Of a DNA stretch of 64,000 nt, positions 23,763-36,039 are shown piece by piece. The stretch's first letter is position 1. The number at the start of each line of letters is the position of its first letter. The position numbers and the translations under genes are program-made. The notes beneath the pieces were generated by a model that was not told the DNA's origin, did no database searches, and saw nothing but the letters and a program-made list of their open reading frames with translations. Source of the DNA: Dicyema japonicum (taxonomy: Eukaryota; Animalia; Dicyemida); the NCBI GenBank assembly GCA_011109175.1, contig RDEW01000002.1, positions 12,299 to 76,298 of the forward strand. Direction: 5' to 3'.

Positions 23763-26419
23763 TTATCTCATCCTCTTGAAAAGATCTTCACGTCCATTTT
23801 GCAAATCAGTAATAACCGAAAAGTCGGCAAGTGAAGACAAATCACCAAAGTCAGTGGCTCCTTTAGCAATCTGCCTCAAAGCCCGTCTAATAATCTTCCC
23901 AGAGCGGGTCTTTGGCAACGACTTAGCCATCTGGACATACTCAGGGCAGGCAAAAGGCCCAATAGTACTACGAACTAGCATATCAACACCCACAACCTCC
24001 TGTCTTGATCTCCTGGATTAACTCTGGTGTCAATTCTTCATTCTAAAGGTCTCTTAAAAAGTCACCTGGTGGAGAGTAACAAAACAGTAGACACACTCCC
24101 CTTTTATGTCGTGTGGGGCAGTCACAGCTGCTGCTTCGACGACACTGGAATGCTGCACAAGGACAGCCTCTATCTCTGCAGTGCTTAGAAGATGCCCAGA
24201 GACATTCAACATATCGTCTATCCGTCCTGTTATCCAGTAATATCCGTCATCGTCTCTATGAGCTCCTATGACGTTATTGATGGTGTCAAACCGTCCCCAG
24301 TGATATAATAGCCAGGAAACCGGTCAAAATAGGTACTCTTGAATCGCTCATAGTTCCCGAATATATTCCTCATCATTCCGGGCCAGGGTTGTTTTATGGC
24401 CTAAAAAATCAAAGGAATCACTCACCAAATATCCGTCGGCCTTTCCCTCCAATTCTTGTCCTTCATCGTTAAGAATAGCGGGGACGACACCGAAAAACGG
24501 TAAGGTCTACAATATTGACACGTGGGTTACAGCTGAGCCAGGTTTTGTGTTGAAACAAGGAAAAGGAGTCAAAATTTGTCCCCCCTAAGGTTCAGTCTGC
24601 CAAAATACAGTTTCCGTCTGCCAGTAAGTGTCCACAATAGCACAGCGTGAATTCCCCACTGTTTTATGATACCACTTCCACACGTCTGGGTTAATGGGCT
24701 CTCCAGCAGTGCCGATCACTCTGAGGGACTCACGTGTGCTACTACTGGCAATAAGATAGTCAATTACTTCAAAACATAATCATCCCCGTAGGCCATCAGG
24801 GACCTAATGGCTGTGGGAGCTGTGTAGAACTGATTCACGTTATACTTGTCGCAGATCTTCCAGAACCTACTGGGATCAGGGTACGTCATCACTCCCTCAA
24901 ACTATGACATCATCACAAAGTACACCAAAACAGAAGTAGCACAGTTAAGAAGAGGACCATAACAGATGTAACTGTGTCCTGTAACCCATCCAAGGTCAGC
25001 AGTGCACCAGTAAATATCATCTGGGTGGTAGTCGAAGACATATTTGAACGTAGTGGCCACATACAGCATATAACCACCGATTGTGTGAAGAATCGCCTTA
25101 GGAACGCCGGTGGATCCACTAATGATCACTTTATGTGTGGAATACCTTGTATGTAGCATAAAGAGGGGATCTTCTGCATCAAGCCAAATGGGGTCACATG
25201 CAGAGTTTGCTTGGGACATTGCATCCTTCCAGAAGACATCAGTTCCCGGATTAATTTTGTACTGAAATTACAAATTCCACAAACAGTAGAGTTAGAACCA
25301 CATGACTCAGATGATTGTAAATGTTCTTTGATAATGACTTTATCAACGGAAAATCCCCTAAAATAACACTTCAAAGGGAACTTTTCACTATAAATCTGGA
25401 GAGCCTCGTCTAATATGCTTTTTAAGTTTATTACTTTATTTCCCCGCCAAAAACCGTCTAAAAAATATTAATTATTTTGTAATAATAAAAATAAATAATT
25501 AAATTATTAGAGAAATAATTAGAAAATTTAAAAAACAATAAAATTAACTTTTAACTAATTTATAATTAGTTTAGACAATAAAATACATAAATTATCGATA
25601 TTGTGACGAACCTGCGATTATGACCAATTTTGGTTTTGCACTTAAAAATCTGACGCAAAGGGAGTTAGCCGAAAACCGGCAAACTAACAGTAAAGCAGTC
25701 AAACTTACAATTATTGAGTGTACAACGCCAATTCTAGCACACGCCAACATGGCCACTATCAGTTCTGGGATCATGGGCATGTAGAGCGAAACGACATCTC
25801 CTTTCTTTAACCCTAAAAGTTTGAGTCATTCAAAAATGCCGTTAAATCGCAGAAAAATCAAAAATATCTAACCCATTGATTTCATAACGTTGGCCATCTT
25901 GCAAACACGTGTGTGCAACTCACTATACGAGAGCTTGGAGGAGTCTTTGGGGTCATTCCCTTCCCTTAAGTCAAATTTTATTATAAACCAGTAAAATACT
26001 GTTTTATCACCGTTTCCATTTAGAATGTGCCTGTCCAGGCAGTTATAGGTCATGTTTGTCTGGGCTCCTTTGAACCAGCTTATTAAAATAGGGCCGTTTT
26101 GGGCGTCGAAATTCCATTCAGCTTTGCAATTGGGATAGAATGTGTTCCAATAAAATTGGTCGGCTATTTTTGACCAGAATTTGGCCGGTTCTGCTACGGA
26201 TTCTTCGTACATTTGCCTGTATTCCTCCATTGAAGTCAAGTAGCTCTTATCCATCACGTATTTTGAGGGATAATAAATCTCATGTTCTGCATGCTTGATG
26301 GATCCGTCGTGAGAAGTTCTGACGAATACTGAGGGAGAAGGTCTCATCATACTAGAACTAAATAAGTTTGTTCTCGCGCAACAACGAAATTGCAAAATTG
26401 TTTTTGAATGATTGAACAT
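23763..26419 (-). CDS. ACSS2: Acetyl-CoA synthetase (ACSS2-like), apparently intact, 15 introns
   Basis: The spliced frame contains [70 protein letters not shown] and [12 protein letters not shown]. Thirteen introns are 22-27 nt; the others are 60 nt (25813-25872) and 154 nt (25458-25611). Confidence 0.95.
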
Positions 26420-26599
26420 TAAATAATAAACGAAAATCAGCGCTTAATTTCAAAAATATTATTGTTTTTTAAATTAATTTTAAAATAATCTAATTTAATA
26501 ACTTTTTTTTTGAAAAAATAATATCAATTTATTAACAAAATGATAAGGACAAAACATTATTTAGCTCCCTCTCAGAATTGCGAGCGAAATTCGCACAAA

Positions 26600-27830
26600 C
26601 AGCCAGCGGCGTTCGCGGAGATCTCCAGTGCTTGAGGTGATCCGGTTTCCAAGACGTCGAAAAACTCTAGTGTTAAAGTTTTTAATTTTAAAAAAATTAC
26701 TGAAAATTAAAACAATAAAATTTTATTCAAGTTGCATGCCTCGTTGTGATTCTAGTGGTCGATATACAAGACTCACTATCAAACAAAAAGTGCAAATATT
26801 GCGTTATACTGACGACAACAACTTATTATCATGACAAAGAATTGCTGATAAATTTTCCTTTCTTGTTTAAAGTGAACATTTTCCGAGGACAGTTAACAAC
26901 GCTATCTTAAAGAGTCGTGAGTAAATTTTGGAACAATTTCAAAATAAAAATTCCTCAACAAAAACAGTCAAAAAGTTAAATTCCTATAGCTTGTTGAGTG
27001 GATGGATTCTATGGAAGCAAAAGGTATTCTTAATGTTTTTAAATTTTAAGGTGCATTGTTGAACAATGCATTAATATCCAGTAAAGCAGAATTCTTCGCT
27101 AAGCAACTTTCTCTTGACTATTTCAAAAACTCTTATGGATTTTTTTCCAAATTTAAGAAAAGGAATGGATTTTGCTGAGGAAATTACATTGACAAATTCA
27201 CACTGAGAAAAGTGTCGATATTGAGAAGTTTCTCAAAGAATTTCAAGAAATTTCAAAGTCATATACCTGCGATTGATTTATAACCTGGATGAAACAGGGA
27301 TTTTTTACAAGTTTATTCCATCCAGACGTATTTGCAAGACTCCGTTCGGAAGAAGATATAAGAACTTTAAGGATAGAGTATCTTTTATGTTATGCACAAA
27401 TATGTCTGGAAATCATAAATTAGAGCCTTAATTGATTGGAAAATCAAAAATGCCAAAATGTTTCAAAAATATGATTATCGATGTTCTGTTTCGTATTACA
27501 GTTCAAAAGATCGTGGATGACCGGATTATTTTTTATTAACTGGATGATAAATTTCGATAACCTTTTGAGAAAAGAGAGGAAATCAATTTTGCTCCTTATA
27601 GATAATTGTCCTTCTCATTGCTTGTCATCGAATTTGGAAAAAATTAAAATAATGTTTTTCTAAAAATGCTACAGGATTATTACAGCCAATAGATTTGGGA
27701 ATTATTAAAACATTCAAAGTCCACTTTAATAGACACAAATTGTAGTATCTTACTGGATTATTGAAAAAAAAAACATGCCAGTTTATGAATCAAATAAAAA
27801 TTTGATTTGTACACATAAAGTCAGATAAAT
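26600..27830 (+). mobile_element. Tigger/pogo (CENP-B-like) transposase, degenerate
   Basis: RLTIKQKVQIL (psq HTH), YNLDETGIFYK, KDRVSFMLCTNMSG, SWMT, LLLIDNCPSH and LQPIDLGIIK. Confidence 0.85.
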
Positions 27831-27849
27831 AAGTAATTTTAATCAAATT

Positions 27850-28440
27850 AATTAGATGATCCCAGTTCCCCTTTTGTTTTGTAATCATCGAAGAATCATA
27901 CCGCTTTTTGGAAGTATCTTCGCTTGTATCTACACGGAAAGTAGATGGGATGTGGATATCTAAGGAAAGGCCGTTCTATTTGGATGGAGGTTTTCCATTC
28001 AAGTTTGAGGTTAGGATTGATTTCGGAGTCAAACACATTTTTTGTAAGTAAACTCCTCGAGAGAGAAAAAGTCTTACGTCTTTCGAGAATCAATAAAAAT
28101 CATCGCCATGTTCATATTGGGGATGGAGTAATAAAGCCGGTGATTTGTAGTAGAACTACCAAGTCGGGAGCCATGTTGGAATAATTGTGACAAATGTCGG
28201 GTTTAATCTTCCCTTCAAATGAAGAAAACGGTTGCTAACTGGAGAGTGATGATCATAAGCGGACACTCCCTGAGATTCGTTAGATGTATCTGATGTGAAG
28301 TCACGAGAAATTAAAGAAAAAGAAAACTAAGAAGGTAATTCAGGGCACTCTCAGCAACCACTTTATCTTCGCTCGGTGTTTTTCACGGAGTCTCAAAAGC
28401 TTCCATTAGGCCAGAGGAATTTATTTCAAAAGATAATAAA
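27850..28440 (-). mobile_element. Degenerate LINE endonuclease region; partial duplicate at 32390-32720
   Basis: 27880-28210 is near-identical to 32390-32720; the PTF...MAPDLVV segment resembles the end of APE. Confidence 0.45.
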
Positions 28441-29354
28441 TGCCACGTGTTAGGCCATCAGAAATAACATCAACTAGTAAACATGGTTGCAAAAGCAGAA
28501 AAACCTTCCAATATCACATACTAGTCTATCCAGAACCAATGGAAGGGGAAGAAAAACGTCCATCCCTTGCAATTGTCAACCAAGGAAAGTAGATGGCTTG
28601 AATACTCTAGTGAAACGAAGAAAGAGACTTATTTACTTTAATAGATATATCCCAACCAATAAGATTTTTGTGATCCTAACCACAAGTAACATTGTAATTA
28701 GTAAAAAATGGTGTGATACATCAAAAATTAATACTTTTGTATAAAAAATTAAAAATATACAGATAATACTTGATTATTATTAATAATTGAATCAAGGTCA
28801 TAATAATGGAGATTCGTTTAACGCAACGTCAATTTTCTCGGCGTGGACTTGATCCAAAATACAAGGACTCTACTGAAGGAATACGGGGATCAACTAATGG
28901 TGTCGACTTTCGTTATTTTATTTCTATTGCCTTTATTTTCGACAGAAACATAGGTCTCATGCAATGTATAGCTGTCATTTATAGGTTGTTCAATCTATAA
29001 GGTAAGAGTTGCAATTAAATGGTCTCTTCCTTTTGTGTTTAATGGAACTTTCCACCATACTGCTTTACTGCAATTCATTTTCGAATCCTGAACTTTATTA
29101 AGTTATTTAACATACAAAAAAAAATAGGTGTCCGCTAATCCCAGCCTCCTTAAGCAGCCGTCTCAATTTTTCTCGGTGTTCCTCCCAAGAACTGACTTGT
29201 TTTCTTTATGAACGAGACACTTTTCGGAATAAGGTACATAATTAAAATTTAAACATTTTTATCCATCATTTGAGATATTTTTAATAAATTTTATTAATTT
29301 AATAATAATTTAATATTTATAAAATAACCTATAAAAAATAAAGATAACCTATAA

Positions 29355-30476
29355 ATGACTTTATCACTGTGTGGATATGAATTATTAATTATTTTAATAA
29401 GTCCTGTAATTCCATATCAAATGGTTTATACTAATGTTGAGTTAAATCATTTAAATAACTACAACATTGCATGTATGACTAAACGTGTAAATCCCTGGAA
29501 TGCTCGAAATAAAGCACTTTTAAGTGCACACATAGATGTAACATATGTGAAAGATTATAAAGTTTGTAATTTTTATTAATATTAGAATATGAATTTCGTA
29601 TTTAATGAGGAAAATTCAAACTTATATAGAATTGAATTAAATGATAAAATTGTTCTAATTTTATCATCACATGATATTAATTTATATTTTACGTTCATTT
29701 TGAAACCTGGAAAGATTTATTTACTTGCAAAAATAGAACTATCGATTAGTAACTATTTTATTAATTATCAGATCATTCTGATGTTCACACAATTACACTT
29801 GATCAACAATTGATTCCAGAAAATCATGACTATGAATGTCAAACTATATTTAAAAATTTTTCTTCAGATGTTTCTCTCACTATTTCTTGTTTAAGGACCA
29901 AAATAATCAATAATAGAGATACTATCAAATTTAGTTCTATTGGTTGTTGTACTTATTTATTTTAGGACGATACTGTTTGAATTCTACAGATAAGACAGTC
30001 TATCGAATTATTATCAAAACAGAAAATAAAACTAAACTGTCTACCCAAAAAATGACAATTCCAAATATTAAACCATCATATAGTAACCGGAAAATTAAAC
30101 TTACCTCTACAGATAATATTAAACCATCATATAGTAACAGGAAAACATACTTTCCTCTACAAAAAATATTAAACCATTATATAGTAACCAGAAAATCATA
30201 CATTCCACTACAAATAATATTAAACCAGCATATAGTAACAAGAAAATCATACATTCCTCTACAAAATAATATTAAACCAGCATATAGTAACAAGAAAATC
30301 ATACATTCCTCTACAAATAATATTAAACCATTATATAGTAACAGAAAGTAATAATATCCATTCTTTACTGTGTCGTTGATTTCCTGGCTTTGGTCTTGAT
30401 AATCATAGTAATTGTTTTATACCATAGAAGAGATCAATTTAGGTTATTAACAAAAACTAATTCATTGTCTGGTTAA
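29355..30476 (+). CDS. LAMP-like type B protein: signal peptide, one LAMP-like domain, 17-aa repeat stalk and an out-of-frame TM/tail
   Basis: Introns 29562-29585 (24 nt), 29749-29771 (23) and 29943-29965 (23) join the ORF-track pieces into one frame ending at TAA 30349-30351. A TM segment VIISILYCVVDFLALVLIIIVIVLY and tail HRRDQFRLLTKTNSLSG* follow in the -1 frame. Confidence 0.7.
30067..30348 (+). repeat. 51-bp coding tandem repeat, 5.5 units
   Basis: Units start at 30067, 30118, 30168, 30219, 30271 and 30322 (lengths 51, 50, 51, 52, 51). Confidence 0.95.
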
Positions 30477-30739
30477 CTTATTATTAATATGGGAATTTTT
30501 GGTTTGTTTGATGTTAAATGATATATTTTATAGTCTCTTGTATAATTTTTTGATGAGTCGACATTTATTTTTTGTGTTTTAATGACATATAAAGTTGACC
30601 TATTTAGAATTTGAATTAATTTGCTGGATAATCATTAAGACTTAGTTTTAATACAACAAATGACATTTGTCACATAATAGAGAATGATATTACTATGAAT
30701 GAAGTAGATCATCTCTATAATTAGTATGCGTTTTTACGT

Positions 30740-31700
30740 AGGAATCCACAAATCTATTTTTCCACTATTTGCTTTATTGGGGCAAGGATCCCGTCTATTC
30801 TCAGTCTCAAGACGACGTTTAGGCTAGGGCTAACTTTATGGCAGATCTTCAAGACTTATCTAGTCCTATAATATCCTTTCTTTCTTTATGGATAGATACC
30901 ATGCTTCGCACCCATACAAAGCTTTTGTAGGATTAATTTATAAAAATGAAGAGAAAGGTCTTCGCACTGATGGTTAGCTTGATGTTCTCCAGAAATGAGC
31001 CTTCCTGGTCGACTACTACATCCAGCAATCGAAGCGAACGAACTCTTGGAATTCCTAGCGTATAAGGTTGTATGTGACGGATTTGTATACGGCAGATTTC
31101 CATATAGTTTGACGTCTCTGTTGAGTGTTTCATCCCTCTCCGGACACACTGGTCTTGCACTTGTCAATAAATATCCTGAGTCTTCTCTCGGAGAGCGACA
31201 ACCTCCCTGACATATCCATGATTAGTATGTCATCCGCGTATATTAATAGTTAGTGTTAGGGTCCGAAGGAGTTGGGAAGTCTGATAAGATGTTGAACAAT
31301 AGGGGGCTATAGACAGATCCCTGCGGAACATTCCTCTTTAGTAAAACTTCTCCGGATACATTTCCTCCAAGCGCACTTGAGAAATCCTTCCCGTTCGGAA
31401 GTACCTTAGCCATTTGAGAAGTTATTTTGGAACAGCCACAAGCCTTGACAAGAGGGTTTCATGCCAGACTCTATCGAAGGCCTTGGATAGGTCCACGTAT
31501 ACCATGCTTACTTTTTTCTCGAGTATCGATTTTCAGTACTTCCAAATGCATTTAATGGAAGCAATCCGTACAAGATTTTCCGGGCCTATCCATCCTCGAA
31601 GGTTCCTTGTGTGATAGTTTTGGTAGTCTTCCAAGTAGTAGATTTCCTATATTATGGAATGATAGATTCCTTTAAAGTTCTTGTAGTCAAAAAATTACTA
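30740..31700 (-). mobile_element. LINE family A-related RT fragment
   Basis: Minus strand has LIYADDILI, GVPQGSV and KLYGNLPY, paralogous to 9540-10090. Confidence 0.75.
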
Positions 31701-33029
31701 TGAACTTTTAAGTTTTTTTAACTGAAAGTACTTTTAAAAGAAATATTCATCACTGCACATATTATTTATTTGGAACTTTGGGGTCACCAAAAAAAAGTTC
31801 AAATATAGTCAAACAGTTCGGTGATTTCAGTCCCCGCAATAAGCACAGTAGTTATCCATTATATCATGCTTTCTTGGAAAAGCGCTTTATTTTGGTTGAA
31901 CAAAAGATCGATTGGGGAGAGATCTCTAAAAAACCGAGTTTCTTTAGCTCGGAAAAATAGAAAGAAGCGGCATTCTACTTTTTTCACATTATAGGTAATG
32001 ACTCTGACGTTCATGTGTGTCTTGAGAAAGTCTTGAATAATATTCTTTTCAGCTAGACAGATCTTTTAGTTAGGATTTCTCTGTTTCCTAATGAATTAGG
32101 ATCCTGATGATACCCTTATGAAGCTTAATGAAACTCAAATCCACTTTTCGAATGTCTTATCAAGCGAGTAATGAATGAGTCTGGTTGTCAATTCCTTGTC
32201 AACATTTTTTCAATCAGATCAGATTATCTTTGTAGTTCTTTAATCTCTTGAGTTCTTACATCCGTGTCAAGTCATCACTCTATTGATCATGGGAAATAAT
32301 GTAGGAAACAGATGGCAATAAAAATACAGTACAGGAGGAACTATCAAATGTGGTAGAGATTCTTTTATAGTACAGGAGGAACTATCAAAATAATCATCGA
32401 AGAATCATACCGCTTTTTGGAAGTATCTTAGCTTTGTATCTACATGGAAAAGTAGATGGGATGTGGATATTAAGGAAAGGCCGTTCCATTCGGATGAAGG
32501 TTTTCCATTCAAGTTTGAGGTTAGGATGGATTTCGGAGTCAATAACATTTTTTGTAAGTAAAGTCCTCGAGAGAGAGAGTCTAACGTCTTTCGAGAATCA
32601 ATAAAAAGTCATCGCCATGTTCATATTGGGGATTGGAGTATTAAAGCCGGTGATTTGTGGTAGAACTACCAAGTCGGGAGCCATGTTGGAATAATTGTGA
32701 CAAATGTCGGGTTTAATCTTCATAAAAACTAACTCCTCTAACACTTTTGGAGTAAACATGTCAGAGATAACGGTGAGTTTGTAACTTATTCGTCCTTAGT
32801 AAATCTATTAGAATATTTATTTATTAAAACCAAAAATCAATGAAAAATTGAATAACTACATAGCCGTCAGGTGATTCCGGCCGCCTCGACTAGCTATCTC
32901 ATTCTTGCTAGGTGTTTTCCCGAGTTCCAACGCATTTCCGGATTGGGAGGGGGTTTCTAACTTTTTAGAAGATTTAATGAAAATATTAGAAATATAAAAA
33001 AAAAGCAAATGGGAATTGAATTTTATTTC

Positions 33030-34235
33030 GATAAAATTTAATACTTCATTATTTAAAACAGAATTCCTTTGACTGATGTTTTTTGACCAAGGATTCGATA
33101 TCTGGCTCTATTTGTGTTATTTTTAAACGAATATCTCTCTAATGGACACATCCAATCTGTTTCGTTCTTTATTTACAATTCGACGTAGAATGCTAAATCC
33201 GCATTCAACACAGTATGATGTCGGAAAATAGAGCAGCAATTGTGCTATTCCTGTCCACAATTTTGGATAACTCTCACTTTCATATTTTGCCAAAAAATAA
33301 CAGGTGATTGTGAATCATTATAATATAGTTTTAATTCTCGATTGAATTTTAACATAATTAATTCCTCTTGAATATTTCCTTTTTGTTTTTCTGGATTAAT
33401 CAGACAAAAACGGATTAATCATCCAAGATGAAATTTCTAATTCAAGAATATCTTGGAATTGAAGAATCAAATATATGACTTTCGTCAATTTGAAGCGAAA
33501 AAATAGTATTTTTAAGCCTTTCACAAAAAATATGTTCAACAATATCTGCCATTTCGTCAATCCTGCGGCGAATTGAATCATTGCTAATTGGTACGGAATT
33601 TAAAATTTCATCGAGATTTAAACCCATAAGATCTGATAGAATCACTGATAGATCGTTTGATGAGATTTTTACCAGAAACATGAGAACTCTCATTTTTGGC
33701 AATAATCATTGCAATTTTATAGGATGCAATTAGTCCTAAATATAATTTAAAATTACTACAACTATTGTTTCTTTACTAATATTTGTAAAAACAGTGTCAA
33801 TCGTTTTTTGCTTACGAAAAGAATCCTTTAATTCTTCAAAATACTCAAATGGTTTATTTTTTTTATCCGAATGTATTCTCCTAAAATGATCCAACAATTT
33901 GGACAGTTTCATTGCATCATTTGATTGATAATGACTTATTAGACAGTAATAATATGGTCTATTATCAAAATAATTTTTTATAAATCAAAATGCCAAATAT
34001 TCATTTTTATATTGACGAATTTTTAATGTAGAAAAAAGACTCATACAAGAACAAAAACAAGCATGGTAATTTTAAAAATTTTAAAGAACAAAGGTTTACC
34101 ACTTTAAAAATAAACTAACTTAATTTAAATTGAAAAAGATTAAATATATTAAATTTATTTTCGACCCCCTTACGATCGATCTGGATTGATTTTAGACCCC
34201 TGGGGGTCGAATCGACCCCAGGTTGAGAACCCCTG
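33030..34235 (-). mobile_element. Buster-type hAT transposon: 5' TIR plus degenerate transposase
   Basis: TIR at 34220-34235 with flank atttaaaa. Motifs SNDSIRRRIDEMAD...FSLQIDES and the dimerisation motif YPKLW...FPTSYCVECGFS. Confidence 0.85.
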
Positions 34236-34469
34236 ATTTAAAATATTTTTTTTCGTAATAAAGTCAAATTTAGTTATTTTCATAGATGATAAGTTACCCA
34301 ATAACTATTTTTAAAATTATTGATTATATTCTGAAATTTGCCGATTCCCAAATTTGCCGCAAAAAATGCTGGAACCAAAAATGGCATATTTGTGAGAGTT
34401 TACTGTATATATTATTGCTAGTTCTTTTATATATTTATCACACTCTCCACTATTGGATTGTTGGCAATC

Positions 34470-35190
34470 GACTTACGATTTCTGCAACCAAGTCCATCTG
34501 TTCCACTTTCACTTCGGACCGTCGTTCTAAGGATGAACCGAGTATCTTTATTGGTCCCACTCGGATTCCAGTGACAAGGTCCCCCACTGTCCTTGGAGTC
34601 AAGGACGACAGTCTACTCAATTTTAACTCCCACGCAGATGACATGATTACCAGGGGCCTCCAGAAAGTTAACGTTTTACGCGCCCTTGTCCGGAGGACCA
34701 CGAGGAACATCGACTTTTCCGTTTCTACCCTCTACCAACAAACAATCGCGCCTGCCGTTGAGTATGCTTCCGTTGCATGGAGATTCGCGCTATCGGAGTC
34801 TATCGTCCAATGAGTCAACTCGATACACCAGAAAACAATCAATATGCTTTTTCCACGTAATGGATCAACAGTCGACCCACTACTCATGGAACTAAGATCC
34901 GTAGTCGTGGCTCCGGATTTCTTCGCGTCTGTGAGGAAGATGGAAATCCGCTTCGCCTGATCCTTTCCATGGCAAGAGAAAACCGATTGGATAAGAAATT
35001 CCCCTCCCCGATCGGATTCCTCTGCAAGACCGAGAGAAGGCTCTTCCGGAAAGTATTGGGGATGATGGAAGATCACAGACGTCGATTGGCACAATTGATT
35101 GCGAGGACTGGGATCACCTAACTGTTTGACTCTTTTGTCTTTCTTTATCGGTGTTCCCGGGGATATTAAAATAAATAAAAATAAAAAATA
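34470..35190 (+). mobile_element. LINE ORF2 C-terminus with 3' UTR and A-rich tail
   Basis: VLGVKDDSLLNFNSH...LYQQTIAPAVEYASVAW; ends ...cccggggatattaaaataaataaaaat. Confidence 0.75.
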
Positions 35191-35199
35191 TATTCATCG

Positions 35200-35615
35200 A
35201 TAAACCGTTCCAACATGGTTTCAAAAAGGATCGGTCCACAACGAGCTCTCTCACATCCCTGACTAACTTTATTCGCTCTGGATTTCTGTGCAAACCAAGA
35301 CACCAGAAACTGTGTTATGCTCACTGGACGTCGCAAAGCTTTTGACTCTGTGCCGAGGAAGAACTTAACATTGAAAATCTACCAATCAGATATCCCTGAA
35401 AACCTCAAACGCTGGCTAATAAACTTCTTTAACAGACGAAGAGGTAGAGTGTGCATATCAAATCACCGACGCCCATGGAGAAACTAATCGAAAAAACAAA
35501 AATGGACACCAATGCCAAAAAAAAAGTGCTCGTCTACAACGAACTTGTGTAGGCTCAAGGGATCAACACCGAGCAAAGATAAGAGCCTTGATCCAATTCG
35601 TCGGGATCACTTAGT
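35200..35615 (+). mobile_element. LINE RT fragment
   Basis: QHGFKKDRSTT...SLTNFIRSG and a degenerate AFDSV; ends gggatcacttag. Confidence 0.6.
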
Positions 35616-35679
35616 TTAGTTTTTTCGGTTTAACAGTAGTCTTTGGAATAATTTAATTAAAAACTTCATTCGACCTAGT

Positions 35680-35900
35680 AGCTCATGTGGTGCTATGTGG
35701 CTAATTAATTGAAGATCTATGTTTGCTTTGTCTTATCCTTCTCTACCCTTTCCTACTAGATTAGCTTTATGTGATCCACCTGTCTTAGGTGACTCCCAGT
35801 GCCAGACTGGCACGAAAAATAATCAGTTGCTCTTTCCCTTTCTATTGGTAAGGTGTCCACAACTGCAAGGAATTGAGGTCTTTTATTTTTTATGCAGGTT
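35680..35900 (+). mobile_element. SINE-like family 2, diverged partial copy
   Basis: Shares gtggctaatt...tgtgatccacctg..taggtg...cccagtg with 46078-46404 and 55497-55825. Confidence 0.65.
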
Positions 35901-36039
35901 CCAGATAATGTTATCAGTAAAAATATTCCATAAAAAAATTATAAAATCAATACTGTCTACTTTTTCCATAAAGCCAATTTTTATTTTCTAGGTCACTCAA
36001 TGCAAAATATGATTTTTACACGATTCGGTAAAACTTCCA

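Noticed and set aside
23776-24021. Antisense ORFs over ACS, delta-COP and LINEs (also 24974, 53596, 54709, 36230)
   Set aside because: Shadows of real coding sequence on the opposite strand, with no independent motifs.
10386-34235. Composite hAT element bounded by the two aggttgagaacccctg TIRs
   Set aside because: The TIRs are in direct rather than inverted orientation and their flanking 8-mers differ; they belong to separate insertions.
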